Part shown: positions 63,774 through 64,000 of the stretch, in pieces
How the letters are laid out: each line of letters starts with the position of its first letter
Position numbering within the stretch: the first letter of the stretch is position 1
Assembly: GCF_000143415.4 (NCBI RefSeq)
Contig: NW_003314267.1
Location: 2,893,839 to 2,957,838 of the forward strand
Direction: 5' to 3'
Length of the DNA stretch: 64,000 nucleotides
From: Selaginella moellendorffii
Lineage: Eukaryota > Plantae > Lycopodiophyta
Notes under the pieces: model-generated
The model's input: only the letters and a program-made list of their open reading frames with translations
Databases searched by the model: none
What the model was told of the DNA's origin: nothing
Made by a program: the position numbers and the translations under genes

Positions 63774-63969
63774 TCAATCGCTATCGCTGTCTTGACTTCC
63801 ATTCAGGTAGTCCAACAAAACTTGACTCGCCAGTTTGTGCACGCTAAGACCCTTCTCATCCGCCTGCTTCTCCAATGCAGCATGGACATCAGAGTCCAGA
63901 AGAATGCGTGACCTTCCAGTACGAGGTCCTTTGTAAGTTTCGATGTGACTTTTTAGTACATCAAATCCC
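63774..63969 (-). CDS. Last exon of a gene extending beyond the window; ribbon-helix-helix-like C-terminus
   Basis: Acceptor ...TGCAG then GFDVLKSHIE...RSRILLDSDVHAALEKQADEKGLSVHKLASQVLLDYL...stop. Confidence 0.55.
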
Positions 63970-64000
63970 TGCATCGAAGACATTATTCAGCAACAATACC

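Overview
Eukaryotic plant genomic DNA. The ~45-65 bp introns, extreme gene compaction, GC-rich exons and a ciliary-type gene point to a lycophyte such as Selaginella (inference, not verified). The window has two sharply separated halves. (1) 1-~31 kb is a nested LTR-retrotransposon island. It is dominated by one apparently non-autonomous Ty3/gypsy-derived family with 1.5-1.9 kb LTRs carrying an expandable GACTCG/GGACTCCATCTC array in U3, a tRNA-iMet PBS and a ~4 kb decayed interior. Copies include a two-LTR element at 16685-24573, a solo LTR with TSD at 5231-6706 and several older or truncated copies. The island also holds a 682-bp TRIM, a decayed chromovirus sharing LTR motifs with the family, and 3.7 kb of unexplained decayed sequence. 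Almost all ORF-track entries in this half are repeat artefacts. (2) ~32-64 kb holds about 21 genes in 32 kb: papain protease, NIK/SERK LRR-RLK, CCT, PPR, IWR1/RDM4, purF, cyclin D, a PGYxGH-repeat ciliary MIP-like gene, a TANGLED1-like gene, a coiled-coil protein, NOL9, TFB5, DUF3755, RING-CH E3, OGDH E1, RRP4, RTE1, SYS1, an FAD oxidoreductase, a conserved unknown and an RHH-like 3' exon. Best leads: same-strand genes only 18 bp (RRP4-OGDH) and 42 bp (TFB5-NOL9) apart (candidate polycistronic or overlapping transcription); divergent start codons 41-67 bp apart around a GCCCTAR telo-box variant; and the non-autonomous LTR family with Pol III-like motifs (5S ICR-like and B-box) and a putative chromovirus helper. 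All coordinates, exon structures and identities were read by eye.
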